From the IMG/VR virus record IMGVR_UViG_3300025168_000056, positions 1-64,000 of that record: 64,000 nucleotides of DNA. The stretch is one strand, 5' to 3'. The notes beneath the pieces are model-generated. The model was not told where the DNA came from and ran no database searches. It saw only the letters and a list, made by a program, of their open reading frames with translations. The DNA is from a virus. The translations under genes and the position numbers were made by a program. Positions 1 to 9,986 of the stretch are shown here, piece by piece. How positions within the stretch are numbered: position 1 is the first letter of the stretch; every line of letters begins with the position of its first letter.

Positions 1-521
1 TTATCGTCACCGGCACAGTAAGTGCCAGTGTGCTTGTTTACGAGAACATCGCAATAATTGATGCGACCGGCTCGACTTTCTTTGGTAATACTAACGACGA
101 CACTCATATGAGAACAGGTAGCCTCGTTATTACAACTGTTGGACCTACCTCTCCAACTACAATTTTAAGTGCTAGCACAAGCACGAAAGCAGTGCACATC
201 CAAGGCTTGAACGTTCTGTATGAATCTATAGCCGCTACTGTACAACTGACAGCGGTATACACAGCCAGCACTCCAAGTTATATTATCGGTGTACGCTCTA
301 CAGGTAGCGTGGAAATTGAAGTTCCATCGCCAGCGACTTATAAAGCCGGCGCCATACTCTTATTTAAAGATGAAGTCGGACATACTAACGGAACCAATAT
401 AAAACTTACAGGCGCCGCCGCAAGCTCGTATTTGATTGATGGTGGTGGAAGCTATACTTTAACTGGTTCAAATCCCGCAATTAGTTTATATTCCAATGGG
501 ACCAACTGGTTTGTCTTCTAA
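1..521 (+). CDS. Virion fibre/decoration-like protein, 5' truncated by window edge
   Basis: Frame is open from base 3. The S/T/G-rich C-terminal domain (YIIGV...P...G.ILLFKDE.G...IDG...SLYSNGTNWFVF) is shared with the next ORFs. Confidence 0.6.
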   Translation, partial: IVTGTVSASVLVYENIAIIDATGSTFFGNTNDDTHMRTGSLVITTVGPTSPTTILSASTSTKAVHIQGLNVLYESIAATVQLTAVYTASTPSYIIGVRSTGSVEIEVPSPATYKAGAILLFKDEVGHTNGTNIKLTGAAASSYLIDGGGSYTLTGSNPAISLYSNGTNWFVF

Positions 522-542
522 TTAATATAGGAGGCACTACAA

Positions 543-1292
543 ATGGCGTATAACAATTTATCTGGAACAGTAGTACTCCCGGATCGACTGGTCACTCATG
601 ATTTAACCCTTCATGAAAATTCTATTTTATCTGGTAATTTAAGCACCTCCGACGGCGCTAATATTATTAATGTTCCTCGCGTTTCTAATGCAACGAATAA
701 TGCAATTGTCACAAACGTTGGTGGAGATGCCAATAACTTAATTTGCGAGAGCAATTTAACATTTAACGGTAGTGCACTTACCGTCATTGGGCAAGTGTCT
801 GCGAGCCTAAATATATCAGCCTCATATTTTTATGGTGATGGATCGAAGCTTAGTGGAATCAGTAGTCTCGGCGGAATCTTTACGCAGTTAAACGGCACAA
901 CCGCTTTCACCACTAGCAGTGTTACTATCGGCGCCAATACTGCTCCATCACATCCTCTGCATGTCTCCGGAATCAGCCACCTCAGTGGGGGAGTGATTCA
1001 CAAAAGAGTACGTAAAACAGCCAACTATACAGTTACAACTTCAGATTATATTATTGGAGTAGACACCTCATCTGGCACCCTGCGTTTAACGCTACCATCG
1101 GCCGCTTCCGCCCTTGATGGGCAAGCTTGGATCATAAAAGACGAGGGCGGAAACGCCTCAAACAACAATGTAACGATTACGGGGTCTGCAGATTCGGATA
1201 CAATTGAAGGACAAAAAGAAGTAGTTTTAGAGTCATCTAATGCTTCTGTACACCTTTATTGCGACGGCGCAAGCAAATACTTTATCTTCTAA
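543..1292 (+). CDS. Virion fibre/decoration-like protein
   Basis: RBS GGAGG and MAYN start. Same C-terminal domain (YTVTTSDYIIGVDT...LPSA...IIKDEGG...LYCDG..YFIF). Lies upstream of head genes. Confidence 0.6.
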   Translation: MAYNNLSGTVVLPDRLVTHDLTLHENSILSGNLSTSDGANIINVPRVSNATNNAIVTNVGGDANNLICESNLTFNGSALTVIGQVSASLNISASYFYGDGSKLSGISSLGGIFTQLNGTTAFTTSSVTIGANTAPSHPLHVSGISHLSGGVIHKRVRKTANYTVTTSDYIIGVDTSSGTLRLTLPSAASALDGQAWIIKDEGGNASNNNVTITGSADSDTIEGQKEVVLESSNASVHLYCDGASKYFIF

Positions 1293-1414
1293 AAATTTAA
1301 GCTCTTCACCGCACTAATTAAAGAACGACGAGGTCTTATGTCCTCGATCAAATATGGGCAGCTGCATGCTGCTTATATCATAATAAAAAACTATAATATG
1401 GAGGGTTTTTAAAT

Positions 1415-2830
1415 ATGGCTTATAAATTTCAAGTAGGTGACGCTATTGTTAGCGGATCACTTACACGTGATGCAGGTGACATCAAAGTCCGTAACCACGC
1501 TAATACTGAGAAAGCATCAATCACTAGAGCGGGTGTTGTATCCGGTTCTGGAGAGGCGGTTTTCGGTTCAATTGATTCCGACGGTGCTATCGATGGTGGT
1601 AGCTTCGAGATTGGTGGTACATCTATTGTCACTAGTGCTCGTCAGCTTCAGAACATTGCTTCTTTGGATGCAACAACCGAAGCTACAATCGAAACAGCAA
1701 TCGACACTCTTGCCAACCTTGCAAGTGCTGGTACTAACGGCAGCGAGCTTGAGTTCTTAGGTAGTATCGATTCTGCTCAAGGTCTCAAGATCAACAACGT
1801 ATCTACCATCACATCTGGTCGTGCTATTGAGAACTGCACAACAATTTCAGGTTCTGGACTTGCTCAGTTTGGCCAAGTTCGTACGGATGGTGGGATTACT
1901 CAGCAGGGTGTTACGATTCTTTCTACCGGAAAAGCAATTCAAAATGTTGCTAGTGTGGCATTTGTCGGTGCTCTTTCTGGTGCTTTCGGTTCTTCAGCTA
2001 CTCTTGCCAATGGCAGATTTGCTGTTTCAACCGCAGGTGTCCTTTCTGGGTCCGGCGCTGGTGGCGCAGGTCAGATCGTAATCGGTCCTGGCATGTTCAT
2101 CACCGGTGGATTCGGCAGCAGCTTATCTTTGGCTGACGCCAAGTTTACTGTTTCTGCAGGCGGCGCTTTAGTTGCCGGCGGAACTGTGCAGTTGTCTGCT
2201 ATTACTGCTGATACTGCGCTTGATGTTGCTGCTGACGGTCTTTTCTTTAACGACGGTCGTGATGGTACGGTTAAAAACGTAAACATCTCTTCCTTCTGTA
2301 CTGATATTGCCGGTGGCGGTCTGGTTCAGGCTTCAAACCAGCTTGCTGTTAACGTTGGAAACAACGGTGGTCTTGCTGTTACTGGTGATGCTCTTGAGAT
2401 CACTGGTTCGAACGTCGTCGCTGGTGTTGCCGCAGTTGCAAGTGAGACATTGCTCTTCTTGAATGCTGATGGTACACTTGCTAAAGAAAGCTTTGTTGAC
2501 TACGCTGCTGCTATTGCAGGTGCTGGTCTCTCGGCTTCCGGTGGTGTTCTTTCCACAGACGCTGGTGCAGTCACCCCGGTTAGCGATGTCACTGACGTTC
2601 TTTCTGAAGGTTACAACTATCTGACTGGTAACGCTGGAGCTTCTGTGAAGCTTCCAATCGATGCCGCTATCGGTGATGTTGTCCACATCAAGAACAGTAC
2701 AGCTGGTGTTTGTAACATTGCTCGCCAAAGTAACCACACCATTGATGGCTTGAACTCTATTGTTCTTGAGTCGGCTCGCGGTGCGGTTTCGATGGTCTAC
2801 GCATTAACCTCTTCCTGGTTACTCGTGTGA
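1415..2830 (+). CDS. Gly/Ala/Ser-rich virion fibre-like protein
   Basis: RBS GGAGG and MAYK start. Beta-repeat-like composition, related C-terminal domain, followed by a terminator. Confidence 0.6.
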   Translation: MAYKFQVGDAIVSGSLTRDAGDIKVRNHANTEKASITRAGVVSGSGEAVFGSIDSDGAIDGGSFEIGGTSIVTSARQLQNIASLDATTEATIETAIDTLANLASAGTNGSELEFLGSIDSAQGLKINNVSTITSGRAIENCTTISGSGLAQFGQVRTDGGITQQGVTILSTGKAIQNVASVAFVGALSGAFGSSATLANGRFAVSTAGVLSGSGAGGAGQIVIGPGMFITGGFGSSLSLADAKFTVSAGGALVAGGTVQLSAITADTALDVAADGLFFNDGRDGTVKNVNISSFCTDIAGGGLVQASNQLAVNVGNNGGLAVTGDALEITGSNVVAGVAAVASETLLFLNADGTLAKESFVDYAAAIAGAGLSASGGVLSTDAGAVTPVSDVTDVLSEGYNYLTGNAGASVKLPIDAAIGDVVHIKNSTAGVCNIARQSNHTIDGLNSIVLESARGAVSMVYALTSSWLLV

Positions 2831-2861
2831 TACAAGTTTTTCAACTTTGTTGAATCTCTTT

Positions 2862-2894
2862 GGGTGCCCTCCTTGTGGGGGCATCCTTTTTTTT
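2862..2894 (+). terminator. Intrinsic terminator
   Basis: GGGTGCCCTC-cttgt-GGGGGCATCC stem followed by a T run. Confidence 0.8.
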
Positions 2895-2939
2895 ATACTA
2901 TTTAAATGTGAAAAACTATTTAGAGTGTTAGGAGAAGCT

Positions 2940-4067
2940 ATGGCTTATAATATACTTAAGGGTATCGTCGAGGGCTCGGTCGATCAACATGCGGATCAAG
3001 AAATCGGCGGCATTAAGATTTTCAAAAACACCATAAGTGCGAGTGTTTTTTATGATACAGACGCACAAAGTCCTTGCGCCACTATGAAAGATGTGGCGAT
3101 TACTAATATAAAAGGCGGCTCTCATAATAGTATTTTGATTTGCGATAAAGATGTAGGCTCACGCTCTCACCACAATTTTACTTTTGATGGCAAAACGTTG
3201 AGAGTCCACACTATTGAATCTACAACTCTTAAAGGAGACGCATCAAACACTATAAACATTCCTCCAGACCGGTTCGCTGGAACAATACCAGCAAACTTTA
3301 TTAAATATGGTTCTGGGCTCCAAGATATTCGCGGACAACTTCAGTTAAACTTTGGAGATGGATTAAAGTGCGATGAAAACCAGCTTGAGCTTTCTCTTGG
3401 GATCAAATCGGGACTCTGTCACGTAAGCAAAAAATTAATGATTGATCCTGCAAAAACAGAACCAATCAACACAGCAGGACAAAATCTAGCTGATAACGAC
3501 ATTTTAATTGTAAGTGACGTGTCGAAGGGAGCAACCAAGGGTACAACCTTAGCCAACCTGTATAAGAATTACATAGCACCTAGGTCACCACACGCTGCCG
3601 GCAACAAAAACCAAATCCAGTTTAAAGGAGCTTCAGAGTTTGAAGCTTCTCCAAAATTGACTTTTGACTCTGCTGCAGCCCTTCTTAATATAGAAGGAAA
3701 AATTAGAGCAGATACTGCTTACGTCGAAGGCTCGCTTGTCTGCGGGGGTTCTGTGATTCACAATATAACTAAAACAACCGATAAGGTTTATGAGGTTAAA
3801 TTAAGTGATTATACTATTTTGTGCAACACAGAAAAAAACAAGATGACGGTTAAAGTTCCGCCGGCTTGTAATAACGTCGGCCGAGTTATAATAATAAAAA
3901 AAGCAGATTCTAACAAATATAAGATAACATCTAATACTCTCACTATTCTGAGTGAAGAGGGCAGCATAGATATCAATAACAGGATGGACGTAAAGATGAA
4001 CTACTCATCAAGAACACTACAGTCGGATGGCGAAAACTGGTGGTTAATCGGCAGCAAAGGCACCTGA
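2940..4067 (+). CDS. Virion fibre-like protein (start moved from 2847 to ATG 2940)
   Basis: RBS AGGAG and MAYN start like its paralogues. C-terminal domain ends LQSDGENWWLI. Confidence 0.6.
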   Translation: MAYNILKGIVEGSVDQHADQEIGGIKIFKNTISASVFYDTDAQSPCATMKDVAITNIKGGSHNSILICDKDVGSRSHHNFTFDGKTLRVHTIESTTLKGDASNTINIPPDRFAGTIPANFIKYGSGLQDIRGQLQLNFGDGLKCDENQLELSLGIKSGLCHVSKKLMIDPAKTEPINTAGQNLADNDILIVSDVSKGATKGTTLANLYKNYIAPRSPHAAGNKNQIQFKGASEFEASPKLTFDSAAALLNIEGKIRADTAYVEGSLVCGGSVIHNITKTTDKVYEVKLSDYTILCNTEKNKMTVKVPPACNNVGRVIIIKKADSNKYKITSNTLTILSEEGSIDINNRMDVKMNYSSRTLQSDGENWWLIGSKGT

Positions 4068-4098
4068 CAGATACTTAATATAACGGAGAATTAAAGTA

Positions 4099-6006
4099 AT
4101 GGCATATAATACCAAAAAAGGTAAACAACAGAGTGGGGACATCCAATTTGAAAGCGATCCAACTGATACCCAGATTGACTTTGAAAATGATTTCGTAGCT
4201 ATCAAGACAAACGCACAACAAAGATTTATTGTTTCTGGTTCGTTTATCACTGCATCAGTTGCGGTCTCCAGTTCCGCTGGCATTTCTGCTGGATCTTTCT
4301 CCACACTTGGCGCTATAACAAGTGCTACTGTTTCTGGTTCTGGCTTGCTGCAAGGCTCTGGTCTAAGAATTGACACCAATGGCATTATTGGTACCGCCGG
4401 AGACACAAACTTATTAACATTAACTAATAATCAATTAACTGTTGCCGGCGTTGTTTCCGGATCCGGCGCTATCCAGGGCGCTGCGCTAAATGTAGGTGGC
4501 TCCCAAGTTTTGACTGTAACAAAACAACTTTCCAACATTGCTTCTCTTGATGCCACAACAGAAACTACAATTGAAGGAGCCATCGATACGTTGGCTAATC
4601 TTACTAGTTACGGCTCGAACGGTGTTGAAACTCGCGCTTTAGGTTCTCTTGATGTCGTTGGAGGCATTCAAATCAATAACGTTAACTTTGTAGATGCCAG
4701 CCGAAATATAACAGGCTCCGGGCTACTGACCAACCTTGCAGGTATTAAACTAGACACCAGCGCAGTCATAGGAACAACAGGGGACACAAATTTACTGACA
4801 TTAAATAACAACCAACTGTTAGTGGCGGGACAGTTATCCGCCTCGACTGATCTCGCTGGTCGCTCGCTAATACTTGATGTTGGAAAAGCAATCGGTATTG
4901 CCGGAGACACTGACCTTGTAACCTTGACTGCCAACACCGTAACAGTCGCAGGCGCCTTAACTGCCTCGACTGATCTCGCCGGTCGCTCTCTGTTGCTTGA
5001 CACTGGCAAAACGATTGGTATTACGGGTGATACTAACTTAATGACCTTGACGGCCAACAAAGTAAGTGTTGCGGGAGTCATGTCTTCTTCTGCCGGTATA
5101 ACAGGATCAGCGATAAGAGCCGACGGAGACCTCAAAGTAAATGGTTCTATCACAGGCTCAGGCTTTAGTGCCTTTCTTCCGGGAATTATCATTGATACAA
5201 ACGCACTGATTGGTACTGCTGGAGATCCTGATTTATTACAATTGGCGAATGGACAATTGAATGTCGCCGGCGCTATCTCTGGCTCCAAAGGCTTATTTCA
5301 TGTTACCAACGGTACACTTCAATTAGGCAATGAAGAAGTAGGCACCGGAGTTATGCTTAAAATCAGAGGACCTAGTGACAACTCTGTGCCGTTGCTTATA
5401 AAGACTCCCGGTCACGAAACTATTTTAGCGTGCACAGGCTCCGGGCAAGTAGTAGTTGGAGCGGCGTATTTCGGCGCGAAACTCAATGTCAGTGGTTCAG
5501 ATCCAAATATGCTCATTCAGGCAAAAAGCGACAACGCAAACCCAGCATTCTATGTTAGTGGCTCTGGAGATGCTTATGTGTCCGGTTCTTTGCGCGCTCG
5601 ACAATTATATATGCATACTCACAAAATGAATTTTGGAGATACCACCGCGCGCTTTGTTAGATTTGATTCAAATGGCGGTGATACCTCAGCCGGCGGGAAC
5701 AATAAAATGGTTGCCCCATACCCAGGTAAATTAGTGAAAGTAATAGTCCGATCGCTTGCCGGACCACCGGGCAGCACAGTAGTATCACTTCACTCCGCGT
5801 CAAACGGCACAACGAATGTTAGCGCCACCGCCGCAGAAGCAATTACAGTTAACTGCTCAGCAGTCGACACAAGTTTTGTCTTTACATTCACTGATGCCGC
5901 AGCATGGCCAGTTTCTGGTGATATCGTAGGTATAAAAATCAACCCAACAACTGATCCCGGTACAGTGGTCGCAACCTCTGTTTGGGAATATGACCAGAAC
6001 CAGTAG
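4099..6006 (+). CDS. Repetitive tail-fibre-like protein
   Basis: MAYN start. Five IGxxGDxxLxxL..N.L.VAG repeats, and a segment shared with ORF 1415. Confidence 0.6.
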   Translation: MAYNTKKGKQQSGDIQFESDPTDTQIDFENDFVAIKTNAQQRFIVSGSFITASVAVSSSAGISAGSFSTLGAITSATVSGSGLLQGSGLRIDTNGIIGTAGDTNLLTLTNNQLTVAGVVSGSGAIQGAALNVGGSQVLTVTKQLSNIASLDATTETTIEGAIDTLANLTSYGSNGVETRALGSLDVVGGIQINNVNFVDASRNITGSGLLTNLAGIKLDTSAVIGTTGDTNLLTLNNNQLLVAGQLSASTDLAGRSLILDVGKAIGIAGDTDLVTLTANTVTVAGALTASTDLAGRSLLLDTGKTIGITGDTNLMTLTANKVSVAGVMSSSAGITGSAIRADGDLKVNGSITGSGFSAFLPGIIIDTNALIGTAGDPDLLQLANGQLNVAGAISGSKGLFHVTNGTLQLGNEEVGTGVMLKIRGPSDNSVPLLIKTPGHETILACTGSGQVVVGAAYFGAKLNVSGSDPNMLIQAKSDNANPAFYVSGSGDAYVSGSLRARQLYMHTHKMNFGDTTARFVRFDSNGGDTSAGGNNKMVAPYPGKLVKVIVRSLAGPPGSTVVSLHSASNGTTNVSATAAEAITVNCSAVDTSFVFTFTDAAAWPVSGDIVGIKINPTTDPGTVVATSVWEYDQNQ

Positions 6007-6086
6007 CTGTTGGCGCCAAAAAAAGGCATTTTGATATGCGGAAGACTATTTATTTTGAATTATTATTTTTTTAGGAGAGACCTTAG

Positions 6087-7262
6087 ATGTCCAATTTGTT
6101 AAACGAGGCAATCATCGATGCGAAAGCATTAAAAGAAGCAGCGCTTAAGAACGCAGAAGCAGCTGTTATTAGGAAATATTCCACTGAAGTGAAACAAACG
6201 TTAGATACGCTTCTAGAACAAGAAGAAGCAGCCCCAATGGCTAGCGCTGACCTTGGCGCCCCAGCGGCGGAAGATCCAATGGCTGATCCAATGGCAGATT
6301 TAGGAATGGAAGAGCCTCCCGTTGACGCTGCAGTCCCAGGGGAAGAGCCGACTGACATAGCTCCAGACGTACCGTTAGCTGCAGCCGATGGAATAGGGGC
6401 TTCTCCCGATGAAGGCTCGACGGTAGAATTTAACGTAGATCTACAAGCTCTTCAAGAAGCTGTGCAGCAATTAGAAAATGAACTTTCCGAAGACGAAGAA
6501 ATCGAAATCAATGAAATTGATTTAGCTGCAATTCTTGAAGATGATGAAGTTGAGATTACCGAAGATGACAACGAAGATCCCCAAGGTTCTGGCGAAATGG
6601 CAGATTCCGATGGAAGCGCCGGCGAAGGCGAAGCTGCCGCAGCCCAAACTGCTGCTGCTGGCGAACAAGACGAAGAAGCAATGAAGGGCATGGAAGAAAA
6701 TGTCGATTCACTCGTCGATGCGATTATGGAAAAGCTTACAGTCGATATGGGAGCCGAATTAGCCGGTTGGGCTGGTCGAGGCGCCTACGACACAAAATAT
6801 CAAATGGAAAAAGAAATGGCACATCGTCGTAGTACTGATGTAGCCGAAGAAATGGAAGATTTAAAGAAAGCTCAAGAAGAGTTAGTTTTTGAAAATAAAC
6901 AACTCAGCGAAAAGCTCTCAAATTACGAACAAGCTGTTGGACAGTTAAAAGAAAATCTACAAGATGTCAACTTGTCCAATGCTCGTTTACTATACACGAA
7001 CCGTATTCTTAGAAATACCTCCCTGAATGAGCGACAAAAGTTAAAAATTGTCGAAGCGATTTCAAATGCTGGTTCTGTCACAGAAGCGCGTACAATTTTT
7101 GATACGCTTGAAAGCACAGTGCAGTCTACGCCAAAACGTGGGCCACAATCGCTGGGTGAAGCTATCAGCCGTCGTTCTTCTGTAATCCGTGCTTCTCGTC
7201 ATGAGAGCACAACATCTGATCCAGTTTCGGATCGGATGAAAAAACTAGCAGGTATCAAGTAA
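6087..7262 (+). CDS. Prohead scaffold/core protein
   Basis: Very acidic with a coiled-coil C-terminal half, ends RMKKLAGIK, directly upstream of the major capsid gene. Confidence 0.7.
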   Translation: MSNLLNEAIIDAKALKEAALKNAEAAVIRKYSTEVKQTLDTLLEQEEAAPMASADLGAPAAEDPMADPMADLGMEEPPVDAAVPGEEPTDIAPDVPLAAADGIGASPDEGSTVEFNVDLQALQEAVQQLENELSEDEEIEINEIDLAAILEDDEVEITEDDNEDPQGSGEMADSDGSAGEGEAAAAQTAAAGEQDEEAMKGMEENVDSLVDAIMEKLTVDMGAELAGWAGRGAYDTKYQMEKEMAHRRSTDVAEEMEDLKKAQEELVFENKQLSEKLSNYEQAVGQLKENLQDVNLSNARLLYTNRILRNTSLNERQKLKIVEAISNAGSVTEARTIFDTLESTVQSTPKRGPQSLGEAISRRSSVIRASRHESTTSDPVSDRMKKLAGIK

Positions 7263-7295
7263 GATACAAATACAATTATTAGGAGGTATTTTAAA

Positions 7296-9119
7296 ATGGC
7301 TGGTATTATAGATAGGTTAACCGAAGGTGTTGTTAACCGTGATATGCGCGCTGAAGGTCACGCTTTGTTAACAAAGTGGGAGCGCACAGGTCTTCTCGAA
7401 GGCTTGAAGACTGACACAAAAAAGAACTGCATGGCTCGACTCCTTGAGAATCAAGCTAAGGAGCTTCTTAGAGAGAGTAGCACAATGGGTGCTGGTGATG
7501 TTGAGGGCTTCGCTGCCGTCGCATTCCCAATCGTCCGTCGTGTATTCGCAGGACTGATCGCAAACGATCTCGTTTCCGTTCAGCCGATGAGTCTCCCAAG
7601 TGGACTCATCTTCTTCCTCGACTTTGTTTACTCACCAGATCTTGGTGACACAACTCAGTCTGCGGCAGATCGCTTTGGTAACGTTAAAGAGAAGTCCATT
7701 TATGGTACTGATCAGGTTGCTAAGGAAATCCAAGAGGGTGTTGACCTTATCAACGGCACAAGCAAGTTTGACCTTTCCGGTCCTCGTACTGTTGGTGCTC
7801 GCGGTTATGCGTTCGGCTCCCCATCGGGTTCGAACGAGACCACAATTGCACAGGCTGTTACTTCCGCTTCGGTCAAGGCAACATTCTTGCTTAACGGAAA
7901 CGTTAGTGCTGCTAACAAGAAGCTGATTCAATTTGATCCAGATCTTCTTGCTCTTACCGACGGCACTATTTCGGTTGGTATTGTTGACATTGAAAAGGAT
8001 GAGCATGACTCGTCAACCACAGGAGATCCCGACTATGATAACCTTGGTGCTTTCACTATCAACCTCGCAAACCTTGTTACTGCAGATTCTGCATTCACGA
8101 CTCTGACCGGTCAGGTTCGTCGTTTAACTCAGACTGTTTCGGCAGCTGAGGCAGCTACAACTGCAGCAGCTATCCGTTACGTCGTGGTTGGTACTAACGT
8201 TACCGCTGGTGCTACCGGTGCTTTCGATGGTGCTGTTGGTGCAATCGATATGTTGGTGTTCCCAGTGCGCGATCAGTATGATGCTGTTACTTCTGCCCCC
8301 GGTGCGGTTGTGGGTGACTTGTTTGGTCTTGAGGCTAACGAGCGTATCCCTGAGATCGACATCAAGGTGGACAGCATTGCTGTTACCGCTCAGACCAAGA
8401 AGCTGAAGGCGAAGTGGAGCCCAGAGTTAGGACAAGATCTTAACGCTTACCACAACCTTGACGCTGAAGTTGAGTTGACCTCGATCCTTTCGGAGCAGAT
8501 TGCTCTCGAAATCGACCGTGAGATCCTTGCCGACCTTGTTAACGGAGCTACTGCAGCTACTCGTTACTGGTCTCGTGCTCCGGGTCTGTTCGTCAACGCT
8601 GAGACTGGTGGAGAGCTTGGTGCTGCTTCTGCTGCTCCTGAGTTCACCGGTACCGTTTCTGAGTGGTACGAGACTCTCATTGAGACAATCAATGATGTTT
8701 CGGCTCAGATTCACCGTAAGACTCTGCGTGGTGGTGCAAACTTCATCGTTTGCGGACCTGAGACAGCTAACATCCTTGAATTCACCGCTGGATTCCGTGC
8801 TTCCGTCACTCACGACGATGAGACCGGTTCCGTTGGTGCAGTCAACGTTGGTTCGCTGAGCAAGAAGTTCGACGTTATCGTCGATCCCTACTTCCTGCGC
8901 AACGTGGTTCTCGTTGGTCGTCGCGGATCCTCTTTCCTTGAAAGCGGATACGTATACGCACCTTACGTCCCACTGCAGACCACACCAACTATCTTTGGAC
9001 CAGAAGACTTCGTGCCTCGCAAGGGCGTGATGACTCGTTATGCCAAGAAGATGGTTCGTCCAGATATGTACGGCGTCGTCGTCATTCGCGGACTCTTAGG
9101 TGAGGAAGGCTCCAGCTAA
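7296..9119 (+). CDS. Major capsid protein (T4 gp23-like)
   Basis: Motifs VQPMSLPSGLIF, KLKAKWSPELGQDL.AYH.LDAE.EL..ILS..I..EIDREI, YAPYVPL and GVMTRY. Confidence 0.95.
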   Translation: MAGIIDRLTEGVVNRDMRAEGHALLTKWERTGLLEGLKTDTKKNCMARLLENQAKELLRESSTMGAGDVEGFAAVAFPIVRRVFAGLIANDLVSVQPMSLPSGLIFFLDFVYSPDLGDTTQSAADRFGNVKEKSIYGTDQVAKEIQEGVDLINGTSKFDLSGPRTVGARGYAFGSPSGSNETTIAQAVTSASVKATFLLNGNVSAANKKLIQFDPDLLALTDGTISVGIVDIEKDEHDSSTTGDPDYDNLGAFTINLANLVTADSAFTTLTGQVRRLTQTVSAAEAATTAAAIRYVVVGTNVTAGATGAFDGAVGAIDMLVFPVRDQYDAVTSAPGAVVGDLFGLEANERIPEIDIKVDSIAVTAQTKKLKAKWSPELGQDLNAYHNLDAEVELTSILSEQIALEIDREILADLVNGATAATRYWSRAPGLFVNAETGGELGAASAAPEFTGTVSEWYETLIETINDVSAQIHRKTLRGGANFIVCGPETANILEFTAGFRASVTHDDETGSVGAVNVGSLSKKFDVIVDPYFLRNVVLVGRRGSSFLESGYVYAPYVPLQTTPTIFGPEDFVPRKGVMTRYAKKMVRPDMYGVVVIRGLLGEEGSS

Positions 9120-9149
9120 ATCTAGCTAAATAGTCTTTACTATACATGG

Positions 9150-9176
9150 CCCCCCTGTTAATTCAGGGGGGTTTTT
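9150..9176 (+). terminator. Intrinsic terminator after capsid gene
   Basis: CCCCCTG-ttaatt-CAGGGGG followed by GTTTTT. Confidence 0.85.
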
Positions 9177-9260
9177 GTATTTAATAAGTTTAAACTCTTA
9201 AATTTTTTCGCCGGTAAGTTTTTGAGATTTCCGTTTTTAGCTTTTTGTAGACTATTTATT

Positions 9261-9365
9261 ATAGCTTGAAATATTCTCCTTTGGGCGAGGCCACTGCCCA
9301 CAGAAAGATACTGTTCCGAGGTGGCTGGGACAGAATCATTGAATAGGACGAGTTATTGCAATAAC
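9261..9365 (+). ncRNA. Candidate structured cis-regulatory RNA leader (multi-stem junction, kissing loops)
   Basis: Four predicted stems plus loop-loop complementarity GCCAC/GTGGC. Sits between a late motif and an RBS. Confidence 0.45.
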
Positions 9366-9388
9366 ATAATAAAAGGAGAAATTAAATT

Positions 9389-9973
9389 ATGGGAAGAAGA
9401 TTAGGAAGAAAGAGATTATATGCTCTTGAAAAAGAAGGACAGTCGTTCAGCGGCTCCGTTGGAACCGGTATCTCTGGTTCGCTTGTTAGCCGTACAGTGC
9501 ATCGCGATGGGCAAAATGTAGTTACAGATATCGTTCTCGATTTGGGTACATCTGATGGACCCCTTAACTGCCCCGACATTAAGCGCAAAGTCATTGGATA
9601 TAGTGCTTCTGTCGACGGTGCTTTAACGCAGCCTGCACACCTTGGGTATGTGGGTCACATGGAAAGCGGTATCGTTACTTTGGTAGAGGCAACGTGTTTA
9701 GAGACACCTACTGGTGGACCAGCTAAAATTGAGCTTCAGTTCAACTCGTCCGCTACCGTCACTTATTCGGGATCTGCTGGCACAAGAGTCATGGAGGTAC
9801 CTGATACGATCGGTTCATCCTCGCAGATTTCTTATGATGCCGATGAGCTACAGGGCAAGTACCTGTATCTTGCATCTGGTGAACCGACTGATGCGGGCGC
9901 TGCGAAGAGAACATACACAGCGGGTAAAATCCATATTCGTCTGCACGGAACAATCATTCCGGACGATAAATAA
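9389..9973 (+). CDS. Hypothetical virion-associated protein
   Basis: RBS AGGAG, basic N-terminus, located between capsid and neck genes. Confidence 0.55.
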   Translation: MGRRLGRKRLYALEKEGQSFSGSVGTGISGSLVSRTVHRDGQNVVTDIVLDLGTSDGPLNCPDIKRKVIGYSASVDGALTQPAHLGYVGHMESGIVTLVEATCLETPTGGPAKIELQFNSSATVTYSGSAGTRVMEVPDTIGSSSQISYDADELQGKYLYLASGEPTDAGAAKRTYTAGKIHIRLHGTIIPDDK

Positions 9974-9986
9974 GGAGGAGTTATAA

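Noticed and set aside
4380-5280. Diversity-generating retroelement TR/VR pair in the fibre repeats
   Set aside because: Differences are not adenine-specific, the copies are in-frame protein repeats, and no reverse transcriptase is seen.
9289-9296. Cobalamin riboswitch (GCCACTG box; nrdJ is present)
   Set aside because: No downstream GGGAAG partner or other B12-element features, and the adjacent gene is not B12-related.
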